Shown piece by piece: positions 28,195 to 38,201 of a stretch of 64,000 bases of DNA (the stretch's first letter is position 1; the number at the start of each line of letters is the position of its first letter). Position numbers and translations under genes: made by a program. Source of the DNA: Candidatus Hadarchaeota archaeon (GTDB lineage Archaea; Hadarchaeota; Hadarchaeia; Hadarchaeales; JAGGTB01); the NCBI GenBank assembly GCA_964384105.1, contig CAYLJV010000001.1, forward strand, positions 1-64,000. The letters are read 5' to 3'. The notes beneath the pieces are model-generated. The model had not been told where the DNA came from and ran no database searches. It worked only from the letters and a program-made list of their open reading frames with translations.

Positions 28195-28422
28195 TCAGAC
28201 TCTCGTTCTTGCTTCGGCGACTTCTCTCCAGTATTTCAGGGTCTCTTCTGCTTCTTCCGGACTCAGTTTTTGGATTGCATAGCCCACGTGAATTAGTACA
28301 TAATCGCCTATAGACAAGTCCTCTAAAAGGTCTATTTTTACCTCTCTCTGGGCCCCACCGAAGTCCACGGTGGCGTTGTTGTTTTCGATTTCAACAATTT
28401 CTCCTGGTACTGCAAGGCACAT
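28195..28422 (-). CDS. hypC: Hydrogenase chaperone HypC
   Basis: MCLAVPG...GDYVLIHVGYAI. Confidence 0.97.
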   Translation of the reverse strand: MCLAVPGEIVEIENNNATVDFGGAQREVKIDLLEDLSIGDYVLIHVGYAIQKLSPEEAEETLKYWREVAEARTRV

Positions 28423-28541
28423 ATTCTATTCCTTCTTTCATTCTTTCTTATTTCCTATTATTTAAAGAACAATTACTTTTCAATTGTCACTAATATAATA
28501 GTGTTAAATACGTTGATAAATATAGCTAAACAAGTGGTAGT

Positions 28542-29012
28542 TTGGAGATTCCGGACCTCGAGATAAATAGTCCCGTCGTTCTTATGGGTATAGGGAGCGA
28601 GTCTAGAGGGGATGATGCGGCGGGTATAAAGGTTGTGACCCAGCTTAGGAAGGAGATCAGTTCTCCTGATGTACTGTTTATTGATGGAGGAACCGTACCC
28701 GAGAATTATACCTCCAAAGTAAAAAAATTTGAACCAAAAACGGTTATCCTGATAGACTCTGTACACTTCGGTGAAGAACCTGGGACGGTTTCCAGGGTGG
28801 ACCCTTCGGAAATAGTTCAGGAGTCCGTTTCTACTCACAGATTACCGCTATCCAAATTGATTGAATATTTGAAAATAGAGACTGATGCGGAAGTAATTCT
28901 TCTGGGTATACAACCTGAAAATCTGGATATCGGCTCAGGGATATCGGAGAAAGTTCAAAAATCTGTGGATGAGCTAGTCTCCACTCTCAAAAAAGAGTTG
29001 GAATTCTTATAG
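28542..29012 (+). CDS. hycI: Hydrogenase maturation endopeptidase (HycI-like)
   Basis: GIGSESRGDDAAG, GTVPEN, STHRLPL, LGIQP. Confidence 0.92.
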   Translation: MEIPDLEINSPVVLMGIGSESRGDDAAGIKVVTQLRKEISSPDVLFIDGGTVPENYTSKVKKFEPKTVILIDSVHFGEEPGTVSRVDPSEIVQESVSTHRLPLSKLIEYLKIETDAEVILLGIQPENLDIGSGISEKVQKSVDELVSTLKKELEFL

Positions 29013-29024
29013 GAGAATCAAGTT

Positions 29025-29088
29025 AAGAAAAATAATAAAAATAAAAAAGAATTGTGGCAAGGAAACTATTCAGTTCCCTCGCTTTTTT
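29025..29088. terminator. Probable bidirectional terminator between hycI and the surface-protein gene
   Basis: Minus-strand 10-bp stem GCGAGGGAAC/GTTTCCTTGC (29057-29082), with T-tracts on both strands. Confidence 0.55.
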
Positions 29089-32000
29089 AGGCACTTCTTC
29101 TCAAGATAGCTATCGCAGCCAGAATTATTGCTATTATTGCTCCTATCGTGGCCCACATGGCCCAGTTTCTTGCTTCGGAAACCGTTCTTTCAACGGTTAT
29201 CTGATCCGAACCAACGTTACCAGCTTCGTCTCTAGCTACCACGGTTATGAGGTTTGAACCCTCACGGAGTGGTACATCAACTGCTAGAGTTCCATCTTCT
29301 AGAACTGTGACTGAACCTTCCGGTATCGTGTACTCGGGTGATCTCAGCGAAACTCTCATGTTCTTGGCTTCAGTGATTTCATCTGATACAGTTGCCTGTA
29401 CGGTTTCTGACATATTACCTGTGGTAAGACCGTCCTGTGGTGCAGTTATCTGCACGGTTGGTGATTGTGTATCTACGGTCTGTGTTCTGACTCTTGTTTT
29501 TATTGAGTCGTTACCGGCCTTGTCCGTTGCTTGTGCGTACCAGGTGAATGTTCCGTCCTCGTCGACGGTTACCTCGATAGACCAACTACCAGTTGAGTCT
29601 ACGGTCGTGGATCCGACCTGTGTACCGTTTCTACCCTGGAATAGGGTGATTGTGGAACCTGGTTCACCTGTTCCTGTGATAAGGAAGTTGTTCTGATCTG
29701 TAATGCTTCCGATTGCTGCTCCCGTATCTGGATCCTCTACGTTGAAGGATCCTGGAGCCATTGGTGGTGTGACATCTATTTCAAATGTCCAAGTGTCATT
29801 GGCGTTTTCGTATAGTCCGTCAGATGCGTAGACCCAGATGGTGTGTTCTCCTTCTGGCCATGCATCAAGGTCTTCGTCTATAGCTGTCCACGGTGTGTCG
29901 TTCTCTAGCGTAGCACTAGCTGGATAGTTCTCTGTCCAGGCTAACAAGACACCGTCTTCGTTATCGTACTTGAGCATTGCGTTGTCGATTCCTATTCCGG
30001 AATCAGATACTATTGCGCTCACGCCTATCTTGTTGTCGTTAGTCAATGTTCCGTCGGATGGACTTAAACTGCCTATTGAAGCTTTCGAAGTATCGTAGAA
30101 TATGTTGTCTATTTCATTCGAAACTGAATTACCAGTTTTGTCAGTGAGTGTCAACATTATCGTTTTCAGACCTTCTGAGCCCATGTCGACGTCGTCTGCT
30201 GAGAACCAATTATCTATAATGGTCCCAGTTTCGACTTTGGTTCCATTGACATAAGCTTCTAACCTACTTAATCCGGCTGGGCCGGTTAGTCTCTCATCGT
30301 TATCTTCTACGTATCCATTTATTACCCATTCAGCATTGTCAGTTACCCAGACATTTTCTGGTGATTGAACTCTGTTTAGTACTTCTGTTGCCCAGTTATC
30401 ACGAGCTGCAACAAGACCATTGTCGAGGAATACTGGTGGTGTTGTGTCTACCACGAAGTATACTAGATTATCCATGAAGGAATTCTCCTGGCCATATGTA
30501 TCTGTTGCGCCTTCGACCCATATCGCTAGGTTATTGTCGTCCCATTCTCCAACATCGAAAGTACCAGTAAAGACCATATCGTCTGTGCTAGACATTGTGA
30601 TGTCCATTACGTTTTCTCCGTCTGCTACCAACTTTACAGTTCCTAGTGAACTGAGTTCTTCGTTGGCAGTTATTTCAACTGTTGCTTTTCCATCGTTGTA
30701 TACATTCCCTACTAAGTTATCTTCTCCGACCATTGATTGATAGACTCTTCCTGTGAGTTTTGGTGCTTCGTTATCTACGTTAATAGTGAAGGATGCGTCG
30801 TCAGTTGCATTTGCAGTATCTCTTGTGTAGACAGTAATAGTCTCGTCTGCGGTTCCGTCGGTTCTGAGGATTACCGGGAAGGTTGCGCTTTCACCTGGTG
30901 CCAGAGTGTTTTCACCTGTAGAAGGTGTTGCTGTCCAGGTTGGCATTGAACTAGTAAAGACCCATCCATCTGGGGTCTCCTGTAGCTTCTGTCCTACGGA
31001 TCTGAGGACGTCAGCGGCTAAACCTAAGTGTGTAGCTGTGTCCTCTAACATGCTGGCAGCGGTATCTAAGTCGAGCATTGCGCTGTTCCGCATGTTTTCT
31101 CCTACAGAGTCTAAATATCCTGGATCGGATCCAACGTGTTGTAGATGATCTCCACCTAGGGCTTTCATTAAGATTTTACCTGCGTTGTCGATTGATTCTG
31201 CGGATAGAACGAGGTTCTCTCCTGCTCTGAATATGTCCTGATCTATTGTATTCTCTGCTTGTGGACCCATGAGAGCCCGTCCTGCCCTTGCCATCAGATC
31301 TCCTGAAAAAGCAAGATACCATCCTGCATTTTCGATACTGGTTATACCTGTTAGATAAATGCCAGCTATACCAATCTGGAAACCTGCGTTCTCTGGATTA
31401 CTATTACTCCTATCTTCAAACAAGCGACCTACCATGATGAGGTTTTCTGATGCCCTGCTTAGGTTTGAAGCTGCAGAATTCTCATCTTTAGCTGCGTTAA
31501 TTAGCGAGTCACCAGCAGATTTTACGTTAGGATTAGCATTATCTTTCATGGCATTTCCTGCGTTGTCCAGAGCTTCTGCTGAAAGCATAAGGCTCATGTT
31601 AGCTTCGTAGAAGTCTCCTGCCAGTAAGTTGTCGGCAACTCCATTTTCCAGATAGTTAGCTGCTGCTTTAAGGTTATCTTCGACTGTAGCCATAGGTGCA
31701 GCTGCACCCGCTTGTGATATTAAACCTGCAGCACCGACGAGTTCGCTGCTAACGTAGTCTATATTTTCAGGTTCTGAAGCTAGTTCATTACCTGCTCTTC
31801 TAAGGAAGAATTTGGCAGCACCTAATTTGGTACTTACTGTACTCCAACCGGTGACTCCGGCTAGGTAAGCTTGGGCTTCTTCCAAATCTTCTTCCATATC
31901 GGCTATCGAGCTTCCTGCTGCTAGCTTGGCTGCGGAGGCATCTTTTAAGTATCCTGCAGCTTGCGATAATAGATCTGATGCATTGGAAAGGTTATCCGCT

Positions 32001-32278
32001 GCATTTTCTATGTTTTCTCCAGCAGCATCACCAGCTATAGGCTCAGTGAGATCTGTATCCAGATATACTTTCTTTATGTTATCTGGAGATGCCGAATTAT
32101 TTGTTACATCAACTTCAAAAAGTACTCGAGAATCACCTTTAGCTTCTGTAGGTGTAACTTCAATAGTAGCCGTATGACTACCAGTTGCCAGAGGCAACGC
32201 AGCAAGCATGGAAATAATCATAAGTGCCGTTATCGCCGTTCCAGCGATTAGCTTGTGACTGTTTGATATATTATTCAA
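29087..32278 (-). CDS. Large cell-surface (S-layer-like) protein: signal peptide, Ala-rich helical region, Ig-like domains, C-terminal TM anchor
   Basis: N-terminal signal; Big-domain motifs (D.TPP, ATDKAGN, ARDEAGN); C-terminus IGAIIAIILAAIAILRRSA; strong GGAGGTGA SD. Confidence 0.85.
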   Translation of the reverse strand: MNNISNSHKLIAGTAITALMIISMLAALPLATGSHTATIEVTPTEAKGDSRVLFEVDVTNNSASPDNIKKVYLDTDLTEPIAGDAAGENIENAADNLSNASDLLSQAAGYLKDASAAKLAAGSSIADMEEDLEEAQAYLAGVTGWSTVSTKLGAAKFFLRRAGNELASEPENIDYVSSELVGAAGLISQAGAAAPMATVEDNLKAAANYLENGVADNLLAGDFYEANMSLMLSAEALDNAGNAMKDNANPNVKSAGDSLINAAKDENSAASNLSRASENLIMVGRLFEDRSNSNPENAGFQIGIAGIYLTGITSIENAGWYLAFSGDLMARAGRALMGPQAENTIDQDIFRAGENLVLSAESIDNAGKILMKALGGDHLQHVGSDPGYLDSVGENMRNSAMLDLDTAASMLEDTATHLGLAADVLRSVGQKLQETPDGWVFTSSMPTWTATPSTGENTLAPGESATFPVILRTDGTADETITVYTRDTANATDDASFTINVDNEAPKLTGRVYQSMVGEDNLVGNVYNDGKATVEITANEELSSLGTVKLVADGENVMDITMSSTDDMVFTGTFDVGEWDDNNLAIWVEGATDTYGQENSFMDNLVYFVVDTTPPVFLDNGLVAARDNWATEVLNRVQSPENVWVTDNAEWVINGYVEDNDERLTGPAGLSRLEAYVNGTKVETGTIIDNWFSADDVDMGSEGLKTIMLTLTDKTGNSVSNEIDNIFYDTSKASIGSLSPSDGTLTNDNKIGVSAIVSDSGIGIDNAMLKYDNEDGVLLAWTENYPASATLENDTPWTAIDEDLDAWPEGEHTIWVYASDGLYENANDTWTFEIDVTPPMAPGSFNVEDPDTGAAIGSITDQNNFLITGTGEPGSTITLFQGRNGTQVGSTTVDSTGSWSIEVTVDEDGTFTWYAQATDKAGNDSIKTRVRTQTVDTQSPTVQITAPQDGLTTGNMSETVQATVSDEITEAKNMRVSLRSPEYTIPEGSVTVLEDGTLAVDVPLREGSNLITVVARDEAGNVGSDQITVERTVSEARNWAMWATIGAIIAIILAAIAILRRSA

Positions 32279-32758
32279 AATTTTTCACCTCCTTTAAGGT
32301 CATTTATCGTGATAGATGATATTAGGGATTCAACCCGTCCTTTATGAATTGTTCTGATTCCTTTAAACAATTTACTTCCTCCCTAAAACGCTTTGTTCGC
32401 GAACTAACGTTCTATTAAAAGCCCTACTTAAGAGTTTTTGCTTTAAAAACTCCTGATGCCAGAAAAAGCCCTTATTCGCCCCCATTTGGTCGTTGTTCGT
32501 TAAAGTCTTAATCGTTGATTGTCGAACCGGAGGTAAAACCGGGGTTTACCCTTCTACTTCCCTAGAGTTAAATCGAAAATTTCTGTGAATGTGTTGTTTT
32601 CCATACGGATACCGTCGGGCGGGTTTCAACTAATATATTACCAAGTAATCGTCTCTCTCCTAAAAGCTTTACGCTAAAAAATAATAAAAACCCAAAAGCA
32701 ATAAAATCTCACAAGATTTATAATTGCTAGAGGGTAACCTCATCACGGCTGTGTTAAT

Positions 32759-33271
32759 ATGTCTGCAGGTAGTAAGGGCGGCAAAGTACTAGCGACCTTT
32801 CTATGCATGTGGGCACTGTGGATAGTCTTCACGGGTTCTGTAAGCGGACAGGAACTTCTTGTTGGGGGAATAAGCGCAGCCTTTGTAGCCGGAATATCCT
32901 ACGGACTTTTCACTAGAGATCCCGGAAAAATGCTAAATCCAAAGCGTTGGGGTCGCCTTATTGCTTACTTCCCCGCATACGTCTGGGCTGAGATGAAGGC
33001 TCACGCGGACGTTGCAGCCAGAATTCTTAACCCGAGTTTACCCCTGAAACCGGCGATAGTCAAGGTTCCCAGCAAGTTAAAGAGCGATGTGGGATTAACG
33101 ACACTCGCCAACTCCATAACCATGACTCCGGGAACGTTGAGTGTCGATGTTGACGGGGAGAAATCTGAACTTTACGTTCACTGGATAGACGCGAGCACCC
33201 TTGAGGAAGAGGGAGTTCAAAGAGAGGTCGGCGAACCACTCGAAAAGCACATCAGAGGTGGGCTTGATTGA
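32759..33271 (+). CDS. mbhA: Membrane-bound hydrogenase subunit A (MnhE-like)
   Basis: LANSITMTPGTLSVD...LYVHWID. Confidence 0.9.
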   Translation: MSAGSKGGKVLATFLCMWALWIVFTGSVSGQELLVGGISAAFVAGISYGLFTRDPGKMLNPKRWGRLIAYFPAYVWAEMKAHADVAARILNPSLPLKPAIVKVPSKLKSDVGLTTLANSITMTPGTLSVDVDGEKSELYVHWIDASTLEEEGVQREVGEPLEKHIRGGLD

Positions 33272-33531
33272 GTGTTATAGGTATCGTTATCGCGGTTATC
33301 ATATTATCCATAATACTGTGTATGATTCAGGCGGTTAGGGGTGCCACGGCCTTCGACAGGATAGTGTCGATAGATGGACTAACCGCACTGGGTGTGGGGG
33401 TTCTGGCCTTGTTTTCAATTCAGTTTGAGCAATCTATTTTCCTTGACATAGCCTTGGTTTACGCCTTCGTAGCATTTATAGCGGACCTGGCCGTAGCTAA
33501 ACACTTGGAAGGAAGGGGTTTGGACGAATGA
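33268..33531 (+). CDS. mbhB: Mbh subunit B (MnhF-like)
   Basis: RGATAFDRIVSID...LDIALVYA. Confidence 0.88.
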   Translation: MSVIGIVIAVIILSIILCMIQAVRGATAFDRIVSIDGLTALGVGVLALFSIQFEQSIFLDIALVYAFVAFIADLAVAKHLEGRGLDE

Positions 33532-33857
33532 TAGACATTATAGCTAAGATATTCCTCGCTGTCGGTGCCTTCTTTGGCCTCGTCGGAAGCATTGGAATAA
33601 TAAGGATGCCAGATGTCTACAACAGGATCCACTCCGAGACGATAGTCGTGGTGGGTGGAACTGTGATGATCCTCCTGGGTGCAGTGCTCCTGAGAGGTTT
33701 CTCGATGTTCTCCCTGAAGGCCCTGATAATTGCTATATTCTTGTTCGTAACCAGTCCCGTGGGGTCTCACGCTTTGGCGAGGGCGGCTCACAAGTCCAAG
33801 GTCAAGATGTACCCCGGTACGATTGGAGATCAACTTGAGGAGGCTGAAGGAAAATGA
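33528..33857 (+). CDS. mbhC: Mbh subunit C (MnhG-like)
   Basis: RMPDVYNRIH...PVGSHALARAAH. Confidence 0.9.
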   Translation: MIDIIAKIFLAVGAFFGLVGSIGIIRMPDVYNRIHSETIVVVGGTVMILLGAVLLRGFSMFSLKALIIAIFLFVTSPVGSHALARAAHKSKVKMYPGTIGDQLEEAEGK

Positions 33858-34108
33858 GTTGGGTCTACATAGCTCTGAATGTTTTGCTCGTCTTCGCTCT
33901 GATAGCGAGTATCGTAGTTGTTCATCTCAAGGATCTATTATACGCGGTTTTCGTCCTGGGTGGTGTTAGCGTAGCTCTGTCCGTAGTCTTCCTGATTCTT
34001 CAGGCCCCCGACGTGGCCATAACAAACGCCGCGGTTTACGGCGCCATAGCTACCGTTCTTTACGTTGTTGCGATCAATAAAACCGAGAGAACGGAGGAGA
34101 TAGAGTGA
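33854..34108 (+). CDS. mbhD: Mbh subunit D (DUF4040)
   Basis: KDLLYAV...LQAPDVAIT. Confidence 0.88.
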   Translation: MSWVYIALNVLLVFALIASIVVVHLKDLLYAVFVLGGVSVALSVVFLILQAPDVAITNAAVYGAIATVLYVVAINKTERTEEIE

Positions 34109-34527
34109 AGGATAAAGGTAAGAAATCATTGGCCCTGATCCTTGTCTCCGTTATAGGGATTCTTCTCCTTGTGGGAGCTTTGACCAACGTGGTGGATGTC
34201 GGTGATTATCCCGAGCGCAATCTCGGAGAGGATCGAACCGAGGTCTCCTACCGAGAAGCTCTCGAGATGTACGGTTTCAACGAGGAAACCATCCAAAATA
34301 TCCTTGAGAATAAGCCCGAGGATTTCGGCAGTAGGAGTATAAGTGAACAGCTGTTGAAGGATGTACCCTCGGAAGGAGGGGTTTCTGCGGCCAATACTGT
34401 CACGGGTATACTCTGGGATTACAGGGGTTACGATACCGTTGGAGAGGCTACCGTTATATTTACGGCTGTGGCCGGAGTAGTGGCCCTTTTCAGAGCATCC
34501 AAAGAAGAAGAGGAGGATGAGGAATAA
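34105..34527 (+). CDS. mbhE: Mbh subunit E
   Basis: NTVTGILWDYRGYDTVGEATV. Confidence 0.88.
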   Translation: MKDKGKKSLALILVSVIGILLLVGALTNVVDVGDYPERNLGEDRTEVSYREALEMYGFNEETIQNILENKPEDFGSRSISEQLLKDVPSEGGVSAANTVTGILWDYRGYDTVGEATVIFTAVAGVVALFRASKEEEEDEE

Positions 34528-34970
34528 TGTCAGATGAAGACGGCATGACGCTTATAGTAAAGACCGTGTCGAGGCTTTTGTTTCCGATAATGTTCCTTTT
34601 TGGTATCTATATCATAGTTCACGGTCACTTGACTCCCGGAGGAGGTTTTCCCGGTGGAGTTGTAATCGCTACGTCGGTAGCCATGGTGCTACTGGGCTAC
34701 GGCATGCACAAGGCCGAAGGTACGGTCGGAGAGTTCTACACGGAGATTTCCGAGAGTCTCGGAGCCTTGATTATTGTCGTCCTCGGTATTCTGGGAATAT
34801 TCTTCGTGGGAAACTTCCTGGAGGCAATAGTGCCTTTGGGGACCCTGGGAAAGCTCTTCAGCGGAGGTAATCTCTTCGTGTTGAATCTGGGAGTGGGAAT
34901 AAAAGTTGCCGCCGGTTTGGTCTCTATACTTTACGCAATGCTGGCTTTCAAGGGCGGTGGTAAGAAATGA
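34527..34970 (+). CDS. mbhF: Mbh subunit F (MnhB-like)
   Basis: HGHLTPGGGFPGG...GIKV. Confidence 0.9.
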   Translation: MSDEDGMTLIVKTVSRLLFPIMFLFGIYIIVHGHLTPGGGFPGGVVIATSVAMVLLGYGMHKAEGTVGEFYTEISESLGALIIVVLGILGIFFVGNFLEAIVPLGTLGKLFSGGNLFVLNLGVGIKVAAGLVSILYAMLAFKGGGKK

Positions 34971-35335
34971 TCGCTCTCCACTATCCCGTGGCCATGATAA
35001 TGGTTGCTCTTGGAATCTACGCTCTACTGTTCAGGAGAAATCTCATCAAGATGATAATCGGTCTCGAGATAATCACCAACGGGATTCATCTTTTCTTCAT
35101 AAGCATGGGTTTCAGGTCCGGTGGAGGACCTCCTATACTCACTGGAGATTTTCTGGATATATCTAGGATCGGAGATTTCGCCTCCCAGTCCGTGGACCCA
35201 CTGCCACAGGTCCTTGTCCTGACCTCGATTGTTATCGATATAGCCATAGTGGCTCTTGCGCTCTCCCTTGCGATATACCTTTATAGGAAGCATGGAACGC
35301 TAAACCCGAGAAAGATAAGGAGGCTCAAAGGATGA
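34967..35335 (+). CDS. mbhG: Mbh subunit G (MnhC-like)
   Basis: NLIKMIIGL...DPLPQVLVLTSIVI. Confidence 0.9.
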   Translation: MIALHYPVAMIMVALGIYALLFRRNLIKMIIGLEIITNGIHLFFISMGFRSGGGPPILTGDFLDISRIGDFASQSVDPLPQVLVLTSIVIDIAIVALALSLAIYLYRKHGTLNPRKIRRLKG

Positions 35336-36846
35336 TGGATCACCTGCCGATAATAGCGATCGCCCTCCCTCTGATTGGTGCTTTCGCGACACCCCTCTTC
35401 AACATTATAGGTAAAAAGGTAGGACAGACGAGGATAAGGGACTTCTTTGCCCTGGCGATAGTCATAGGAACGGCAATAGCGGTGTTCGGGATGGCTTCCA
35501 GGGTATTCGGTGGAGAGATCATAGTCTATCAGCTTGCTGGAAGGATTCCTCCGTGGGGTATCAATCTTGCTATAGATGCTTTCAATATGGTAGTTGCGCT
35601 GGTAATATCCGGTATAAGCGTCTTGGTCATGATTTATTCTCTTGTATTCATGGATCGCCGGAACGGTCTTGGTAAATATTACACACTCTTGCTTCTGCTC
35701 GTGGCGGGGATGATGGGAATTACATTCACGGGCGATATATTCAATCTTTACGTTTTCTTTGAAATTATGTCGATAGCGTCCTATGCGCTGGTCGCGTTCT
35801 ACAGGACGGAGGGCTCCCTGGAAGGTGCATTCAAGTACCTGGTCATGGGGACTCTAGGTACGGCGCTGATTCTTCTGGGAATAGCGATCCTCTATGGTCT
35901 TACTGGAACGCTTAATATTGCCGATCTTGCCGTCAGGTTGAACGCCATGAGCGCTACCCACGGTGGGTTCCCGCTGTCTATGATAATTGCTTTAGGATTT
36001 TTCATCACAGGGTTTGGGCTTAAGATTGCCATGGTTCCGCTTCACGCCTGGTTACCGGATGCCTATCAAACCGCACCGTCCTCTATAGCGTCTGTCTTTG
36101 CTGGTGGAACGGCTATAGTCGGTGTTTATTCTCTTCTGAGGATCAGTTACCTCCCGTTCGGTGCTCTTGACGTCGGGACGATTTTCATCGGTCTCGGTCT
36201 CGTATCCATGGTAATGGGTGCTCTGATGGCCTTGGCTCAGGAGGATTTGAAGAGGCTACTGGCTTATTCTGGAATATCCCAGATGGGGTACATCCTTCTC
36301 GGTGTTGGACTGGGGACCGCATTGGGGATACAGGGTGGACTATTTCACATGCTTAACAACGCTATCTACAAGTCTCTCCTCTTTCTCTGCGCAGGTGCCG
36401 TAATCTATCAGGTTGGTACCTCGGATCTCAATAAGTTGGGAGGGTTGGGGAACAAGATGCCAGTTACCGCCGCCACCTTTATTATCGGCGCGCTCGCGAT
36501 CTCAGGAATACCCCCGTTCAACGGGTTCGCCAGCAAATGGACAATTTACGTTGCGGGTATTGATGCGGGCTATCCCATCCTGACGGTTATAGCAGTGGTG
36601 ATCAGTGCTCTAACACTAGCCTATTTCGTGAAAGTTATCAATCAGGTATTCCTCGGCCAGAGGCCCACACGTTTTGATAACGTTAAAGAAGTTTCACCCG
36701 TAATGTTGTTCCCGATGGTAGTGTTGGCGACATTGTGTGTGATACTAGGGATACTTCCTAACTTGGGAATAGATTTAGTAGAACCTGCTCAAAATGCACT
36801 TATGAATAATGCTGAGTATATACAAGCAGTATTGGGTGGTATATAA
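35332..36846 (+). CDS. mbhH: Mbh subunit H (MnhD-like antiporter subunit)
   Basis: GDIFNLYVFFE, PLHAWLPDAY, KRLLAYS, PPFNGFASK. Confidence 0.92.
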   Translation: MMDHLPIIAIALPLIGAFATPLFNIIGKKVGQTRIRDFFALAIVIGTAIAVFGMASRVFGGEIIVYQLAGRIPPWGINLAIDAFNMVVALVISGISVLVMIYSLVFMDRRNGLGKYYTLLLLLVAGMMGITFTGDIFNLYVFFEIMSIASYALVAFYRTEGSLEGAFKYLVMGTLGTALILLGIAILYGLTGTLNIADLAVRLNAMSATHGGFPLSMIIALGFFITGFGLKIAMVPLHAWLPDAYQTAPSSIASVFAGGTAIVGVYSLLRISYLPFGALDVGTIFIGLGLVSMVMGALMALAQEDLKRLLAYSGISQMGYILLGVGLGTALGIQGGLFHMLNNAIYKSLLFLCAGAVIYQVGTSDLNKLGGLGNKMPVTAATFIIGALAISGIPPFNGFASKWTIYVAGIDAGYPILTVIAVVISALTLAYFVKVINQVFLGQRPTRFDNVKEVSPVMLFPMVVLATLCVILGILPNLGIDLVEPAQNALMNNAEYIQAVLGGI

Positions 36847-37181
36847 TGGAATTTGGAGAAGGTTTTTGGGGACCGATAATAGCTACCGGAGGAATGATCT
36901 TCGGAGCATTCATTGCTTGGTTAGCCCTTGTCATAAGCCGCAAGTATACTCCGCCGAACCCTAACAGAGAGAAAGATATGACCTACGGGTGTGGTGAAGA
37001 TGTGGATCCGGACAGCACTCAAGCAGATGCCAGTGAGTTTTTCTCTCCGATCAAAAGGACGTTCGGAAAGTTTTACAGTTATATACTTCCCGGTCACAGT
37101 GGTGATTTGAATACGTACCTGCTTTGGGTAGTTGCAGGAATAGTTCTAATATTCGCTTGGATAGCGGTGGAAATGGGGTGA
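36846..37181 (+). CDS. mbhI: Mbh subunit I
   Basis: YGCGE loop...HSGDLNTYLLW; operon position. Confidence 0.8.
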   Translation: MEFGEGFWGPIIATGGMIFGAFIAWLALVISRKYTPPNPNREKDMTYGCGEDVDPDSTQADASEFFSPIKRTFGKFYSYILPGHSGDLNTYLLWVVAGIVLIFAWIAVEMG

Positions 37182-37185
37182 TTAG

Positions 37186-37596
37186 ATGGGACTACGTGAT
37201 TACTTTAGAAAGAAGTCTCCATGGGTAATACACTACGACACTGGAGGATGTAACGGCTGTGCTATAGAAGTAGTTGCGGCCTTGACTCCGAGATTCGATG
37301 TCGAGAGATTCGGAATAATAAAAGAAGGATCTCCCAGACACGCCGATGTTTTCGTGGTAACGGGACCGGTGACTCGACAGGCCAAAGATAGACTTGTGAG
37401 AGTCTACGAACAGATGGCGGAGCCGAAGGCTGTTATCGGAGTTGGTTCGTGTCCTACTACCTGTCATCTTTACGACAGGTGTTATAATGTAGTGGGACCG
37501 TTGGACGAAGTTATTCCAACGGCTTCTTTCGTTCCGGGTTGTCCTCCAAAACCCGAGGCGATAATCGATGGTGTCGTGAAGACTTTGGATCTGTGA
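37186..37596 (+). CDS. mbhJ: Mbh hydrogenase small subunit J
   Basis: GGCNGCAIE, SPRHAD, GSC, PGCPPKPE. Confidence 0.92.
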   Translation: MGLRDYFRKKSPWVIHYDTGGCNGCAIEVVAALTPRFDVERFGIIKEGSPRHADVFVVTGPVTRQAKDRLVRVYEQMAEPKAVIGVGSCPTTCHLYDRCYNVVGPLDEVIPTASFVPGCPPKPEAIIDGVVKTLDL

Positions 37597-37600
37597 GGAA

Positions 37601-38200
37601 TTGGTGATTGATGTGAATACTGAAGAAGTTGAAAATATACTCGAAAACTATACTGACGAGGTCGAGATGGTTCAAGAAAGGCGCCTTGTAGCTATGTTAG
37701 ACAAGGGTAACTACAAGGATTTCTTAAAAGAACTTAGGGATCAGGATCTGAGACATCTCACTGCTATAACTGGCACTGACGTGGGCGGTGAGTTCGAGAT
37801 TATTTATCACATATCTATCGATGATGGGACCTTGTTCAACGCTAAAGTGATGCTTGATAAGAAAGATGGAAAATTGGAGACAGTGACTGATATCTTCCCC
37901 GGTGTGATACTTTACGAACGGGAACTGATGGATATGTTTGGTATAGTAATTGAGAATCACCCGGATCCGAGAAGATTGTTCCTCGCCGATGATTGGCCAG
38001 AGGATAAACATCCGCTTAGAGAGGGCATGTTTAATTATCTTAAAATTTCCGAGAAGAATATCTCCGAGATTAAGGATTTGGCCAGGGATGAGGATCTTGA
38101 TTACGAATTATTGTTAGAAGCTGAAAAGAAAAATAAAAATAGAAAATCTTTGAAGGAATGGATAAAAGATAGAATGAAGAATTCAGGAGAGGAGGAATAA
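37601..38200 (+). CDS. mbhK: Mbh subunit K (NuoC-like) with C-terminal extension
   Basis: HLTAITGTD, YERELMDMFG, HPDPRRLFL..HPLR. Confidence 0.88.
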   Translation: MVIDVNTEEVENILENYTDEVEMVQERRLVAMLDKGNYKDFLKELRDQDLRHLTAITGTDVGGEFEIIYHISIDDGTLFNAKVMLDKKDGKLETVTDIFPGVILYERELMDMFGIVIENHPDPRRLFLADDWPEDKHPLREGMFNYLKISEKNISEIKDLARDEDLDYELLLEAEKKNKNRKSLKEWIKDRMKNSGEEE

Positions 38201-38201
38201 A

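Noticed and set aside
27248-28282. Long antisense ORFs (also 13940-14701, 24603-25175, 856-1296, 2163-2624)
   Set aside because: These are shadows of well-supported opposite-strand genes; they are Ser/Phe-rich with no recognisable motifs.
32279-32758. SurR box (GTTn3AAC) or tRNA upstream of mbh
   Set aside because: Only n2/n4-spaced variants were seen, and no cloverleaf with a T-loop could be built.
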